Origin: Candidatus Omnitrophota bacterium | GTDB taxonomy: Bacteria > Omnitrophota > Gorgyraeia > Tantalellales > Tantalellaceae | Direction of reading: 5' to 3' | Assembly (NCBI GenBank): GCA_043823005.1 | Contig: JBDRBG010000030.1 | Coordinates: forward strand, 1 to 56,457 | DNA length: 56,457 bases | Shown here: positions 26,553-35,900 of the stretch, one piece after another | Numbering within the stretch: position 1 is the stretch's first letter | How the letters are laid out: each line of letters begins with the position of its first letter | The notes under the pieces: model-generated | The model's input: the letters and a program-made list of their open reading frames with translations, nothing else | What the model was told of the DNA's origin: nothing | Databases searched by the model: none | Program-made: the position numbers and the translations under genes

Positions 26553-26929
26553 TAGTAATTTTTTTCGTAAGTAAGCTTGTCTTCTCTTCTTGAAAAAGGC
26601 GAAAGTCTTTTTATAGTAACAAATTCCGGTTTTATTATAGGCGCGTAATCGTTGGAGCCCGCAAAGGGAAAAGTCAGTGTTTCATAAAGCCCTATGGTTG
26701 TTCTGATGCCTGCTTTTACCAATCCCAGAGGGATTCCGGCGATAAAGCCTATGGGAGATTCGCATTTTTTCATAGTCGCATGCGATGCTAAAAAAACTTC
26801 CAGCCAGCCTGTTGCTATATTAGCAATGCCGCGTCCGAATTTTTGAGCGGGTCCGCCGGCACAAGAAGCGGTACGCGCTGAAAAAATTATTATTAGCAGA
26901 ATTGAAAAAACAATAAATATTTTTTTCAT
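26552..26929 (-). CDS. Small secreted protein resembling the exosortase-associated TIGR04073 family
   Basis: 125 aa with a signal peptide. KFGRGIANIATGWLEV and RTTIGLYETLTFPF...PIIKPEF match my recollection of the TIGR04073 signature (RG..N...GW.E ... G..E..TFP ... PE). No HMM was run. Confidence 0.45.
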   Translation of the reverse strand: MKKIFIVFSILLIIIFSARTASCAGGPAQKFGRGIANIATGWLEVFLASHATMKKCESPIGFIAGIPLGLVKAGIRTTIGLYETLTFPFAGSNDYAPIIKPEFVTIKRLSPFSRREDKLTYEKNY

Positions 26930-26968
26930 ATTGGTTGCTTTTCTTGTTCAAAAAGAAACGTTTAAGTT

Positions 26969-28183
26969 CTAGTATTTAAGTTTATCCAGATTTATTTCAA
27001 ACTTTTGATCTTTTAAATATTTCGTTTCGCTGCCTACTCTTTCAAGCGAATTCACGCGCATTTTTATTTCGTACAGGTCTTCGGCGTCGGGATTAAGCGC
27101 GAGATAGTGATTGTAATGTTTTACGGCTTTTATTTTATCTTTTTTCGCGTGTTCATATAACATGGCAAGATTATAATGAGCATCAGCATTGTCATTGTCA
27201 AGTTCTAAGAATTTGAGAAAACTCTGGATCGCTTCATTGAACATGCCGGCTCGCGCGTAAAGAAAAGCAATATCATAGACATAATTTTTTTCTTTTGCCA
27301 GATATTCGTTGTCTACAGCGGTAAGTTCGGTGTTTAATTCTTTTACCTTGTTTTCCATGTTTTTCAGAGAAACCACCAGTTTTTCTTTGTGTTCTTTTTC
27401 GGATGAATAGGCGTCATAATACTTTATGCGTTTGGTAGCCAGGCCTTTGACTTCATCGGCATAGCCTTTTATTTTTGTCTGAAATTCAAAGAACTTATCT
27501 TTTGTTTTTGAAAGTTCCGACGTGAGTTCGTCGTTTTGTTTTTTGAGATTATCGGACAGATCCTTTACGGAAGTTAATTCGTTTTTTATTTTTGCCAATT
27601 GCTCATTTAAGGGTTTGTATTTTTCCACGAGCCTTTCCTTTTCACCCACCATTTTTTTTGCTATTTCGGCATTTGAAACAGCTTTAGTTTTTATTTCTTT
27701 TATGCTGTGCTGTAGTGAAAGATTCCACATTATAGAGGTGTATGTTATCGCTCCGAGCAAGACAAACAGGCTGATACAGCCCCATCGAATTAATTTCGTA
27801 TTTAACGGTACTGTTTTTTTAGTATCTTTCGAAAGATTTTCATGAAGTTGTTTATTTTCGGTTTTTTTGTTTTTTTTCGGAGGATCAGGATGTATCTTTC
27901 CGTTTTCTATATGATCCAGCGCCATGCGGGCTTCTTCCCATTCTTTTTTAGGATGCGCGCTGTTATTTTCAGGCTTTTTTTCTTTTTCTTCATGGACATT
28001 TTCAGGGGTCAGTTCTTCGCCGGAATTTTTTTCTTTTTTGAACGGATGTATTATACCTTCCAGATTGATGAATTTTTCCAGTTTTTGATTTTCTTCATCA
28101 GCGGAAGCGTGTTTTTTTTTCGCGCGCGCTTCATTGGATGAAGCCGGTATTTCAAATTTTTTATTGTGGTTTTTTTCTTCCAA
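26969..28183 (-). CDS. Membrane-anchored coiled-coil plus C-terminal TPR protein (possible secretin-assembly accessory)
   Basis: K/E-rich N-terminal region, a TM helix WGCISLFVLLGAITYTSIMW, a long coiled coil, then TPRs (IAFLYARAGMFNEAIQSFLKFLELDNDNADAHYNLAMLYEHAKKDKIKAVKHYNHYLALNP). It lies immediately downstream of the secretin gene. Confidence 0.6.
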   Translation of the reverse strand: MEEKNHNKKFEIPASSNEARAKKKHASADEENQKLEKFINLEGIIHPFKKEKNSGEELTPENVHEEKEKKPENNSAHPKKEWEEARMALDHIENGKIHPDPPKKNKKTENKQLHENLSKDTKKTVPLNTKLIRWGCISLFVLLGAITYTSIMWNLSLQHSIKEIKTKAVSNAEIAKKMVGEKERLVEKYKPLNEQLAKIKNELTSVKDLSDNLKKQNDELTSELSKTKDKFFEFQTKIKGYADEVKGLATKRIKYYDAYSSEKEHKEKLVVSLKNMENKVKELNTELTAVDNEYLAKEKNYVYDIAFLYARAGMFNEAIQSFLKFLELDNDNADAHYNLAMLYEHAKKDKIKAVKHYNHYLALNPDAEDLYEIKMRVNSLERVGSETKYLKDQKFEINLDKLKY

Positions 28184-28185
28184 AG

Positions 28186-29940
28186 CTACCTCCCGGATTT
28201 TTTAAGATTACGCAACGAATTTATATCAAATTTGGGTTCAAAAAGATCGCGATTTTCAGGCCGGAGTTCTACCGGATATTCTTTGAATTTTTCACGGTCC
28301 CAGCCCATCATCTCATCGCCTCTAATGATATGCGGTGTTAAGAAGATTATTATTTCTGTTTCTTCCTGGGAACTGTCATTGTTGCTGAAAAGAGACCCCA
28401 GGATAGGAATATCGCATAAAAAAGGAGCGCCGTCTATATTGCTTCGGGTGTCGTTTTCTCTTAAGCCGGCTATCATTATCATTGCTCCATCCTTGACTTT
28501 AACCGTTGTTTCAGCCTCGGATGTGGAGATTATCGGTATTATGCTTCGCGGTTCAGTGGCTGATCCTGTTCTCACTTCATCTATCGCTGTACTGACTTCC
28601 GGTTTAATCTTGATTGTGACATAACCATCGCGGTTTATGGTAGGGACGACGACCAGTTTTACCCCGACGTCTACAAATTCAACACTGTCTGATGTTATCG
28701 TCGATTCTCCGCTTTGGCTAAGCGTACCCGTAACAATAGCTTCGCGCCTGCCGACATGTATTACGGCTTCTTCGTTGTTTGTTACGGCGATCTTGGGACT
28801 TGAGAGCACTTTCACGTCTCCTATGGATTTAAGTACATTTATTGCCGCGCTGAAATTATGTTCGGTTGTAGACCCTGTGTTGATATTCTGGTAGCCGGAG
28901 GTCATGCCGGAACCGGGAAACGCTCCTGTAAGTACCGTGCCCCAAAGAGAAGGATTGCTTAATATTTTTTGCCATTCTATGCCGTAATTAAATTCGTCAG
29001 ACAGGGTTATTTGCAATATTTCCGCTTCAATAAAAACCTGTTTGGTTTCCTGATCCATCATCTTGACGGTTTGTTTGATTTTATGCATATTTCCCGGAAG
29101 ATCGGTAACTACGATAGTATTCGTGCGTTCATCGGCCAGTAAGCTTCCGCTTCCTTCCGTTATCAGGGAAGAAAGAGAGTTTTCCATGTCAGCGGCTTTT
29201 GCGTATTGAAGTTCAAAAACTTCTGTTACGCGCGGAATATCGAGGCTGACAAAGATTTCCCTCATATCTTTAAGTTTTTCAGGGGTATCAATAACAATGA
29301 TAGTGCCGGTCAGCTCATCTACCACAACATTTCCTACACTGCTTTTTAAATTGCTTAATGCCGTGAATATCATTTCCGGACTGGCATATCGAGCTTTTAA
29401 GGTTATCAGTTCTCTTTTCTCGTTGAATTTTTTTCCATACACAGCTTCGTATTCGGCTTCGGTCATTACGATGATGACGTTTTCAGCTTTTTCTTCATAA
29501 GCCAATCCCTGGCTCAGCATTATTATGTCAAGAATATCAGCATAATTTACGTTATTAAGAAAAAGATTTATCCGGCCCGTTACATTTTTACTCGGAATGA
29601 TATTTTTATCTAGCTTTTTGGATAGCAGTTTAAAAAATTCATTAATAGCTACTCCTCTGAGATCCAGACTTATAGTTTCTTTTTCCGGATGGGTTTTGGA
29701 GGAGAGCGTCTGCGCGTTGTGTTCTATGTCATAATCGTATGATGGATCGGCGGGAGTATTTGCTGAGGCGGAAGCGGCTGAAAACAATTTTACCGGCACG
29801 TTTTTCTGAACACTGCTTTGCGATAAAACAGAGTCGTCAGGTTCCTGTGATACTGACACAGGTCCTGTCAGTAAAAAAGATAACATTAAAAATAATGTTA
29901 TTTCCGTTATTAAGTTTTTATTTGAGTATTTTTTTACCAT
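28186..29940 (-). CDS. gspD: Secretin (GspD/PilQ family)
   Basis: Signal peptide, N-domains, and the secretin core VLSSPKIAVTNNEEAVIHVG ... IMIAGLRENDTRSNIDGAPFLCDIPILGSLFSNN ... TEIIIFLTPHII. Confidence 0.9.
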   Translation of the reverse strand: MVKKYSNKNLITEITLFLMLSFLLTGPVSVSQEPDDSVLSQSSVQKNVPVKLFSAASASANTPADPSYDYDIEHNAQTLSSKTHPEKETISLDLRGVAINEFFKLLSKKLDKNIIPSKNVTGRINLFLNNVNYADILDIIMLSQGLAYEEKAENVIIVMTEAEYEAVYGKKFNEKRELITLKARYASPEMIFTALSNLKSSVGNVVVDELTGTIIVIDTPEKLKDMREIFVSLDIPRVTEVFELQYAKAADMENSLSSLITEGSGSLLADERTNTIVVTDLPGNMHKIKQTVKMMDQETKQVFIEAEILQITLSDEFNYGIEWQKILSNPSLWGTVLTGAFPGSGMTSGYQNINTGSTTEHNFSAAINVLKSIGDVKVLSSPKIAVTNNEEAVIHVGRREAIVTGTLSQSGESTITSDSVEFVDVGVKLVVVPTINRDGYVTIKIKPEVSTAIDEVRTGSATEPRSIIPIISTSEAETTVKVKDGAMIMIAGLRENDTRSNIDGAPFLCDIPILGSLFSNNDSSQEETEIIIFLTPHIIRGDEMMGWDREKFKEYPVELRPENRDLFEPKFDINSLRNLKKSGR

Positions 29941-30547
29941 TTTGTGATTTCAATATAACTTCGGTTTGTGTTATTTCTGTAATAGTATAGACATCGATTG
30001 TGTCTCCCGCGGAAACAACATAAGTATTGCCCGATATGCCGTCTTCTATGATTGCCTGGGATTCGTCCGACCAGAGAATGCCTACAAGCTGTAGTTCCAT
30101 TTTTTCTTCGGCATATTCCTGGACCGCTGGGGTGTCTTCCGTGTAAGGAATCATATGAAACGGATTATTTTCTTTTGTGCTTTCGTAAAAAGTGGATTGA
30201 TCCGGCATTCCTTTTTGTTTTATATCGATATCCATAAACTCTGTCTTAATTTCACCGGCTTGAAGAGAACGGATCTTTTCGCGTACTATGTCATTATCTT
30301 TTGTGAGGTAGACTGCTACGATGATTGTGGCGATAATGCTTATTGAGATCAATAGTTTAACTGCTGTACGCAAGGATAAATTTTTTAAGGAATATAAGTG
30401 AAAAGGTGATTTGCCGGAGAAAAAAAGGAAAGATCCGGTTTTAGCGGAAACCTTTTTTTTATTATATAATTTGTTATATTCCTGTGATCCTTCGATAAGG
30501 TGAAGGAGCTTTTCTTCGGGAGTTATTTTTTCTAAAGGCGCGGCCAT
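29918..30547 (-). CDS. GspC/PilP-like secretin-interacting protein
   Basis: TM helix LLISISIIATIIVAVYL and a C-terminal HR-like domain LQLVGILWSDESQAIIEDGISGNTYVVSAGDTIDVYTITEITQTEVILKSQNGKKIL. Confidence 0.55.
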   Translation of the reverse strand: MAAPLEKITPEEKLLHLIEGSQEYNKLYNKKKVSAKTGSFLFFSGKSPFHLYSLKNLSLRTAVKLLISISIIATIIVAVYLTKDNDIVREKIRSLQAGEIKTEFMDIDIKQKGMPDQSTFYESTKENNPFHMIPYTEDTPAVQEYAEEKMELQLVGILWSDESQAIIEDGISGNTYVVSAGDTIDVYTITEITQTEVILKSQNGKKILK

Positions 30548-30591
30548 ATTTTATCTTTCTTGTGTCCGTTTTATTTGATTTTTTTTGTGTT

Positions 30592-31416
30592 TTAAATCAA
30601 CACTTCTTTGGATACCAGATGATGTATGGTTTCTTTGGATACTATAGGCTGTTCGGTCATGACCAATTCTCTCAGAGCGTTATGGCACAGCATTCCGACC
30701 CGGCGAGGATAACCCTGTGTATTTTTATAGATCTCTTCAATTGCTTCGTCATCGAAGAGAGGCTGATGTGAATTGTATCCGGCCATTTTCAGTCTAAAGT
30801 CCAGCATTTCTTTTACTTCTTCCAGGCCCAGCGGATTTAATATGTATTTCAGACTTATCCTGTCCGTAAAGTTTTTAAGTTCTTTTATCTGTGCAAGAAG
30901 TTCCATTTGGCCTACCAGTACAAGCTGAAGCAGTTTAAAGTCGTTGGTTTCATAATTTAACAGCATGCGCAGTACTTCAAGGGATTCAGCGTTAAGTTTT
31001 TGCGCTTCATCGATTAAAAGGACTATTGTTTTATTTTGTTCAACTCCTTTTTTGAAAAGGAAATTCTTAAGTTCTTGTTTGTAATCAAGGATGTTTGCGG
31101 TCTCTCGATTGATATTAATCCCAAAAGTATTTATAAGCGCTTCCATAAAAAGATCTTCATTTTTAAATGTGGGGTCAAGGATTATATGGAGTTCAAGGTT
31201 GGATCTTTCTTTTGACATCTGCATTAGTTTTCTGCAGAGAGTAGTTTTGCCGGTTCCGACGTCTCCCAGAATTACGGATAAACCTCTTTTAAGACGGATT
31301 TCAATAAGTATTCGCATCAGGGCCGCTTTATGTTCTTTTGAGAAGAAAAAGAAATGAGGGTCCGGACTTGTAGAAAACGGTTCTTTCTCCATACCTAAAA
31401 CTTCATAATGATACAT
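30592..31416 (-). CDS. gspA: ExeA/GspA (MshM)-type AAA ATPase
   Basis: EKEPFSTSPDPHFFFFSKEHKAALMRI, Walker A GDVGTGKTTLCRKL and Walker B VLLIDEAQ. The size and layout match ExeA-family proteins. Confidence 0.8.
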   Translation of the reverse strand: MYHYEVLGMEKEPFSTSPDPHFFFFSKEHKAALMRILIEIRLKRGLSVILGDVGTGKTTLCRKLMQMSKERSNLELHIILDPTFKNEDLFMEALINTFGININRETANILDYKQELKNFLFKKGVEQNKTIVLLIDEAQKLNAESLEVLRMLLNYETNDFKLLQLVLVGQMELLAQIKELKNFTDRISLKYILNPLGLEEVKEMLDFRLKMAGYNSHQPLFDDEAIEEIYKNTQGYPRRVGMLCHNALRELVMTEQPIVSKETIHHLVSKEVLI

Positions 31417-31747
31417 AGTTTTTATCCTATTATAATAAATAAAAAAATATACTACTATATAAACTAAAAATGTTTCTATAACGATACTATATTGTAATTA
31501 TAAAAACACCTAATGTTTTCATAACAATTATATCCCTTCACAAAATTGTTGTCAAGAACACAGATGTCTTGTCTTGGTAAAGGGTTAGGAAGCGGTTTTG
31601 CTCGAAGCATAGACTTCTTTGAAACGTGGCGTTTAGAGTATTTAAATAAAACAAATTTTTTTGAAAGAAAATACTGAAAAATATACTCTTATATAGTGAG
31701 AGGGCAAAATCAGGGACCCATGTAAAAAACCGGAAAAAGGAGGATTT

Positions 31748-32086
31748 ATGTTTTGTGATTCGTCAAAACCCGGCGGGATTATTTCACGAAAGGGGATTAA
31801 TACATTTATAGAAAAAATATTTTTTTTATTAAACAATTATGAAAGTAAAAATAAAGCATTAGCAGAATTATTAGCAAGAAATATATGCGGGATACATTTT
31901 TTGTCTGTCAGGGGTCAAAAAGAGAAAAGACATTTGTTAGTTATGCGAAAATTGTTTCTAAACTGTTTATTCTTGCTGATGTTATGGAAACGTGCGGGAA
32001 ATATGGGTGGCATGGCATATGCCGCGTTAAAATCCGAATGTGAAGGATTTTTGAGGGAGATTGAAGCAGCAATAAATAGTCGTTAG
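31748..32086 (+). CDS. Hypothetical protein (112 aa)
   Basis: Strong RBS AAGGAGG 5 nt upstream of the ATG. No recognisable motifs. The ORF terminates inside a family B repeat. Confidence 0.35.
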   Translation: MFCDSSKPGGIISRKGINTFIEKIFFLLNNYESKNKALAELLARNICGIHFLSVRGQKEKRHLLVMRKLFLNCLFLLMLWKRAGNMGGMAYAALKSECEGFLREIEAAINSR

Positions 32087-32120
32087 TCGGGAGTCGTTAG
32101 TAAAGAGTAGGGGCGGGCCT
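32076..32120 (+). repeat. Family B stop-rich repeat
   Basis: TAAATAGTCGTTAGTCGGGAGTCGTTAGTAAAGAGTAGGGGCGGGCC. The upstream ORF uses the third TAG (32084-32086). Confidence 0.8.
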
Positions 32121-32124
32121 TGGA

Positions 32125-32396
32125 TTAATAGGGACGTCACCTATTTATAAAAAAGCAAAAAGGAGGGTCCCTCTTATGTTCGGAGCTATCCGATTTGAAT
32201 CCTGGGGATGAAGCTCAATCTGGCACTGGCAAGGATGTAGTAATATAGTATAAAATAGTGGATTTTCCAGAAAAATACTAAGAGAGTTTTGCGGGGAATA
32301 TTGTGAAAATTTTCGGGAAAGCTTTTTTAGTAGATTCTAATGACGTAATAGTCGAGCTTTCTTTTTGTCTAAATAAATGGGTGACGTCCCTATTAA
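32125..32396. mobile_element. MITE-like 272-bp element with 24-bp terminal inverted repeats
   Basis: TTAATAGGGACGTCACCTATTTAT (32125-32148) versus ATAAATGGGTGACGTCCCTATTAA (32373-32396), 23/24 complementary. The outermost TTAA on each side could be a TTAA target duplication or part of the IR. There is no internal ORF. Confidence 0.55.
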
Positions 32397-32473
32397 CTAC
32401 GAACGCGCTCTAGAATCACTTATAAGGGCATAACACAGAATAAAAAAACAGGACAGGCATTTTGTCTGATTTG

Positions 32474-32495
32474 CTGGTAGCCCCAAGGGGATTCG
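32474..32495. repeat. attL (displaced tRNA-Glu 3' fragment)
   Basis: CTGGTAGCCCCAAGGGGATTCG is identical to 44752-44773. Flanking bases differ on both sides. Confidence 0.85.
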
Positions 32496-32627
32496 CTACT
32501 GCCGGGTTTATATAACTACAATGATCGCCTTGTTTTGTATGTAACCACCGATAAATAAGGGGTTTATTATCGTTATGTTTCGTGCTTTATCGTGATATCC
32601 CGGATCCTGAAAATACCGGTTTTAGCT

Positions 32628-32654
32628 GTTACCGATGGGAAAACCGATGGGAAA
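32628..32654 (+). repeat. 27-nt island-internal direct repeat, left copy (candidate integrase arm-type site)
   Basis: GTTACCGATGGGAAAACCGATGGGAAA versus GTTACCGATGGGAAAACTGATGGGAAA at 44687-44713 (26/27). Each copy is itself a tandem of (C/T)GATGGGAAA. Confidence 0.7.
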
Positions 32655-32892
32655 TTTTCTCAGCGAAAAGAGGTTTCAATATATTATTGACGACATGATT
32701 GTCACTGTCAAGTCGGTATCTGATAGAATTACCGGTGGATTCGGGAATCAATATTCCTTAGGGTCACAAGGAAAACCAAAAAGAAAGAACCCCCTAAAAC
32801 TTCTGCTAATTTTTTCAATAAAACCAGAACACCAGCCTACGCCAGGAGGTAACAGTGCAAAGGAGTTAAGCAGGAAAAAGCATGCTTACTTT

Positions 32893-32923
32893 TTGTGAAA
32901 TTAACCAGTAGGCGTGTTATAAT
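32893..32923 (+). promoter_or_regulatory. Candidate extended -10 promoter for the two-gene cargo operon
   Basis: TGTTATAAT (TGn plus TATAAT at 32918-32923). A weak -35 TTGTGA lies at 32893-32898 with a 19-nt spacer. The element is 37 nt upstream of the ATG at 32960. In AT-rich DNA this could be a chance match. Confidence 0.35.
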
Positions 32924-32959
32924 GTTATGTGAAAATTAAACTTAATTTGATGGAAAAAC

Positions 32960-35900
32960 ATGAAAAACCCTATAAATAAAAGAAAAATATGCCTAAAAGT
33001 TACTATTTTGACGGTAGTATGTCTTTTATATTTGCATACTATCGTTGGTGCATTGGCCCCGGAGGTGCGATCCGGTACTTTTAACTTCAAGACACGTTTC
33101 TTGAATGAAGCCAATTCTCGCCATTCTTTATCCCCGATCGTAGATACTGTTAGCGGAAGAAAAGATTCATCGATTGTAGCAAATTATAATGCATGGGATG
33201 GAATGATTATTTTTCAGGCAGATAAAGTATCTATTTTTCAGGAAAACGCATCTAAATTTTGCCCTGAGGACCCCGGAGCATTTATTTCAGCGTTGAGACA
33301 ATTTGTAAATACCGGAAAATTATCCCCAATGAGGGTTGATATAGATATTACAAATATTTGTAATAACAAATGTACGATGTGTTTTTCTGCGGATTTTCAA
33401 AAGAAACATCCAGTAATAATTCCAAAAAATAAAATGATAAAGATACTAGAAGATTTAAAGACAATCGGGGTTAAAAGTCTAAGGTTAACAGGTGGCGGAG
33501 ACCCCTTAACTCATCCAGACTTTATATGTTTCGTTGAAAATGCATATAAGCGAGGGTTTAAATTAACCTTAGAAACAAACGGAGATGGTTTGAACAATGG
33601 GATAATAGAAACCATAAGCCGATGCTTTACTCATGTAAGAGTAAGTGTAGATTCAGCTGTTGATAGCACTAGGCAACTAGTACATCAGCCCAAAAGAAAA
33701 GGTGCTACCTATGCAAGATTATTAGAAAACTTAAATAAAATAAAGGCTGAAAAAGAAAGAATAGGACGGCATAATGAATTGCTAATAGGTGCGACATTTT
33801 TGATCTTACCCGAAAATTATAGTGAAGTATATGCTTTCGCGGATGAAATGAAAAATGCAGGTGTGGATTGGATTGCTGTTAGAAAAACATTTAAGGAGGA
33901 TTACTATGACGAACATCCAGAGCATTTAGAGGAGGCGCTAACACAGATCAAAGAAGCCAGGGTTGTTCTTGAAAGTCCTGATTTCAAAATAGTTGGTCCT
34001 TATGGAGTTAGTCGCACCCCAAAAGAAGATTTCAAGGAATGTTTAATAGCAGGAACCAGGCTTGTGATTGTAGCAAATTCGCATATTTCGTTATGCTGTC
34101 TTTTGAGAAGCGGCGTTAATGTGGATGCGATCGATCTAGGGGAAATCGGGGAAGAAAACACACCTGTAATTAAATTGCTTGATGAGAAAAAAGAACAAAT
34201 AGGAGACTTTTTTAATAAAGCTCCCGCTTTTTGCAATGTATGCATTGATGTGGATTTCAATCACTTTTTAAACAGGATCAAGGATTTTCTGGAAGAATCC
34301 CAGGAGAATCTTTTTAGGAGAATGCAGGTATTCCCGCATAGTGGAAGTGAGATCTTAGTAGGAGAAAAAGGTTCGGAAGATGATATTGTTCCTGTATTTG
34401 TGCCCTATGAGCATTTTCGAAAATTCAATGATGGGGAAACGATTTCGTTCAATATGGACGAGATTGTCAGAACATCTAAAAAAATAGATCCGTTTTTAGC
34501 AAGAATAGCAAGGTTTTATCATTTGGAACGAATCTTAATAAGACAACAATCAGTTTCAAAAGAAGCAACACAATCAAAAAAAATATCAGAGCAGTATTCG
34601 GATCTGGACTTTTCTATTTTGAAAAGATTGAGCGAACAATATTTAAAGCCTACAACGCAAATATTAGTAAGCGGAAGCGTGGCTCGAAGACAATCTAACT
34701 TTTATTCTGATTTTGATCTATTTATTGTTGAGGAGACAAGTAATGATCCTGGGATAGGCCCTTTTTTGAGTGCGTTAAAGACTGTTACAGGAAAAGAAAT
34801 TCAAGATTATCATGCATTAAAAGAACAAATGCGGCATCTATATTTTAATTATCCATATGATCGTATGATGATAAATGATACAAGACCGCTTGATAGCACG
34901 AAGAGCTTGTCCGGAATACTCGGAATATCCAGAGAAGAGATTGAAACTAAAGATGCAGAGATTGCATTGTTTTTTTTAATAGGAAACGTTGTAGCGGAAA
35001 AGAAAAGTAAAGGAAAAAGGGATGAAGATATTGATATTAAGCACGATGCAGGGTTGTTTAAATATTTTTCTTTTTTTCTTGCCTCTTTGAACTACTTGTC
35101 AATTCCCCTTAAAAATGAAGACGAACAGTTTATAGAAGAACATTACAGGATTGTTTTGTCTTTCAGAGAAAAGGTGCAGCGTTTTTACGGGAAAGAGACC
35201 AGGATTGTGGGTGAGAAGTTTTTGGAAAATTCGGAAGATAAATTTATTGAGGAATTAAAAGCTTGCATGGAGAGCACGGTAAAATTAGTGAATTCATATG
35301 TGCCGCTAATATTTCAAAAATTGCAACAGAAGCTCCCTGGTCTTGCGGGAGAAGACCTTATGCAGATTTTAAACATAATTAAGGAAGGAAAAGAAGTAGA
35401 GTTTTCGGAAAATACGCCAGAAGCTGTATTAAGTATGTTGGCAGCGTTTTCAGAAAATGAGCTAATACAAATCAGATTGTATCAAATAGCAAGAAAGAAG
35501 TCATCTTGGTCGACATTATATTTTCTTGCACGCAATGAGAAGTGTCCATATGAAATAGTAGTCAAATTGGCTCAAATGGATGGTTATGTAAACAGGGATA
35601 TACGATATGAAGCAGCTAAAAATCCGAATGCGGATGAAAATGTCTGGAAAAAATTAATGACGGATATACATTTGCCGATAGCTAAATATTGCCGCAAAAA
35701 ACTCGGACGAGAGTTACCCCTTGTTAAAAGAAAAACTCTAGTGGTAGAAAGAGATAAGCCGGATCATTGGCAGCGGGAGATAATGAAAACATACAACATT
35801 GTTTTTAATATTATCGGGAAGGAATCAACAAATGAAACTATCCGGTCACAATTTGAAAAGGCTAAGATGAGGTTTGATGAATTTTGGGAGTCAAGCTCGG

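Noticed and set aside
27522-28894. Plus-strand ORFs 27522..27845, 27842..28141, 28138..28341, 28166..28624 and 28637..28894
   Set aside because: They are antisense to the coiled-coil/TPR gene and the secretin gene, whose products have clear family signatures. The antisense translations are F/L/I-rich, mirroring K/E-rich sense codons.
32207-32222. Sigma54-like TGGCAC at about 32213 (CTGGCACTGGCAAGGA) inside the MITE-like element
   Set aside because: The downstream element is not TTGC(A/T) at the required 5-nt spacing, and no gene lies downstream in a suitable position.
32635-32898. 87-aa ORF at the left end of the island
   Set aside because: It starts inside the 27-nt arm-type repeat. It has no RBS, its product is low-complexity, and the region is more plausibly the noncoding attL arm and cargo-operon promoter region. 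It is left unannotated.
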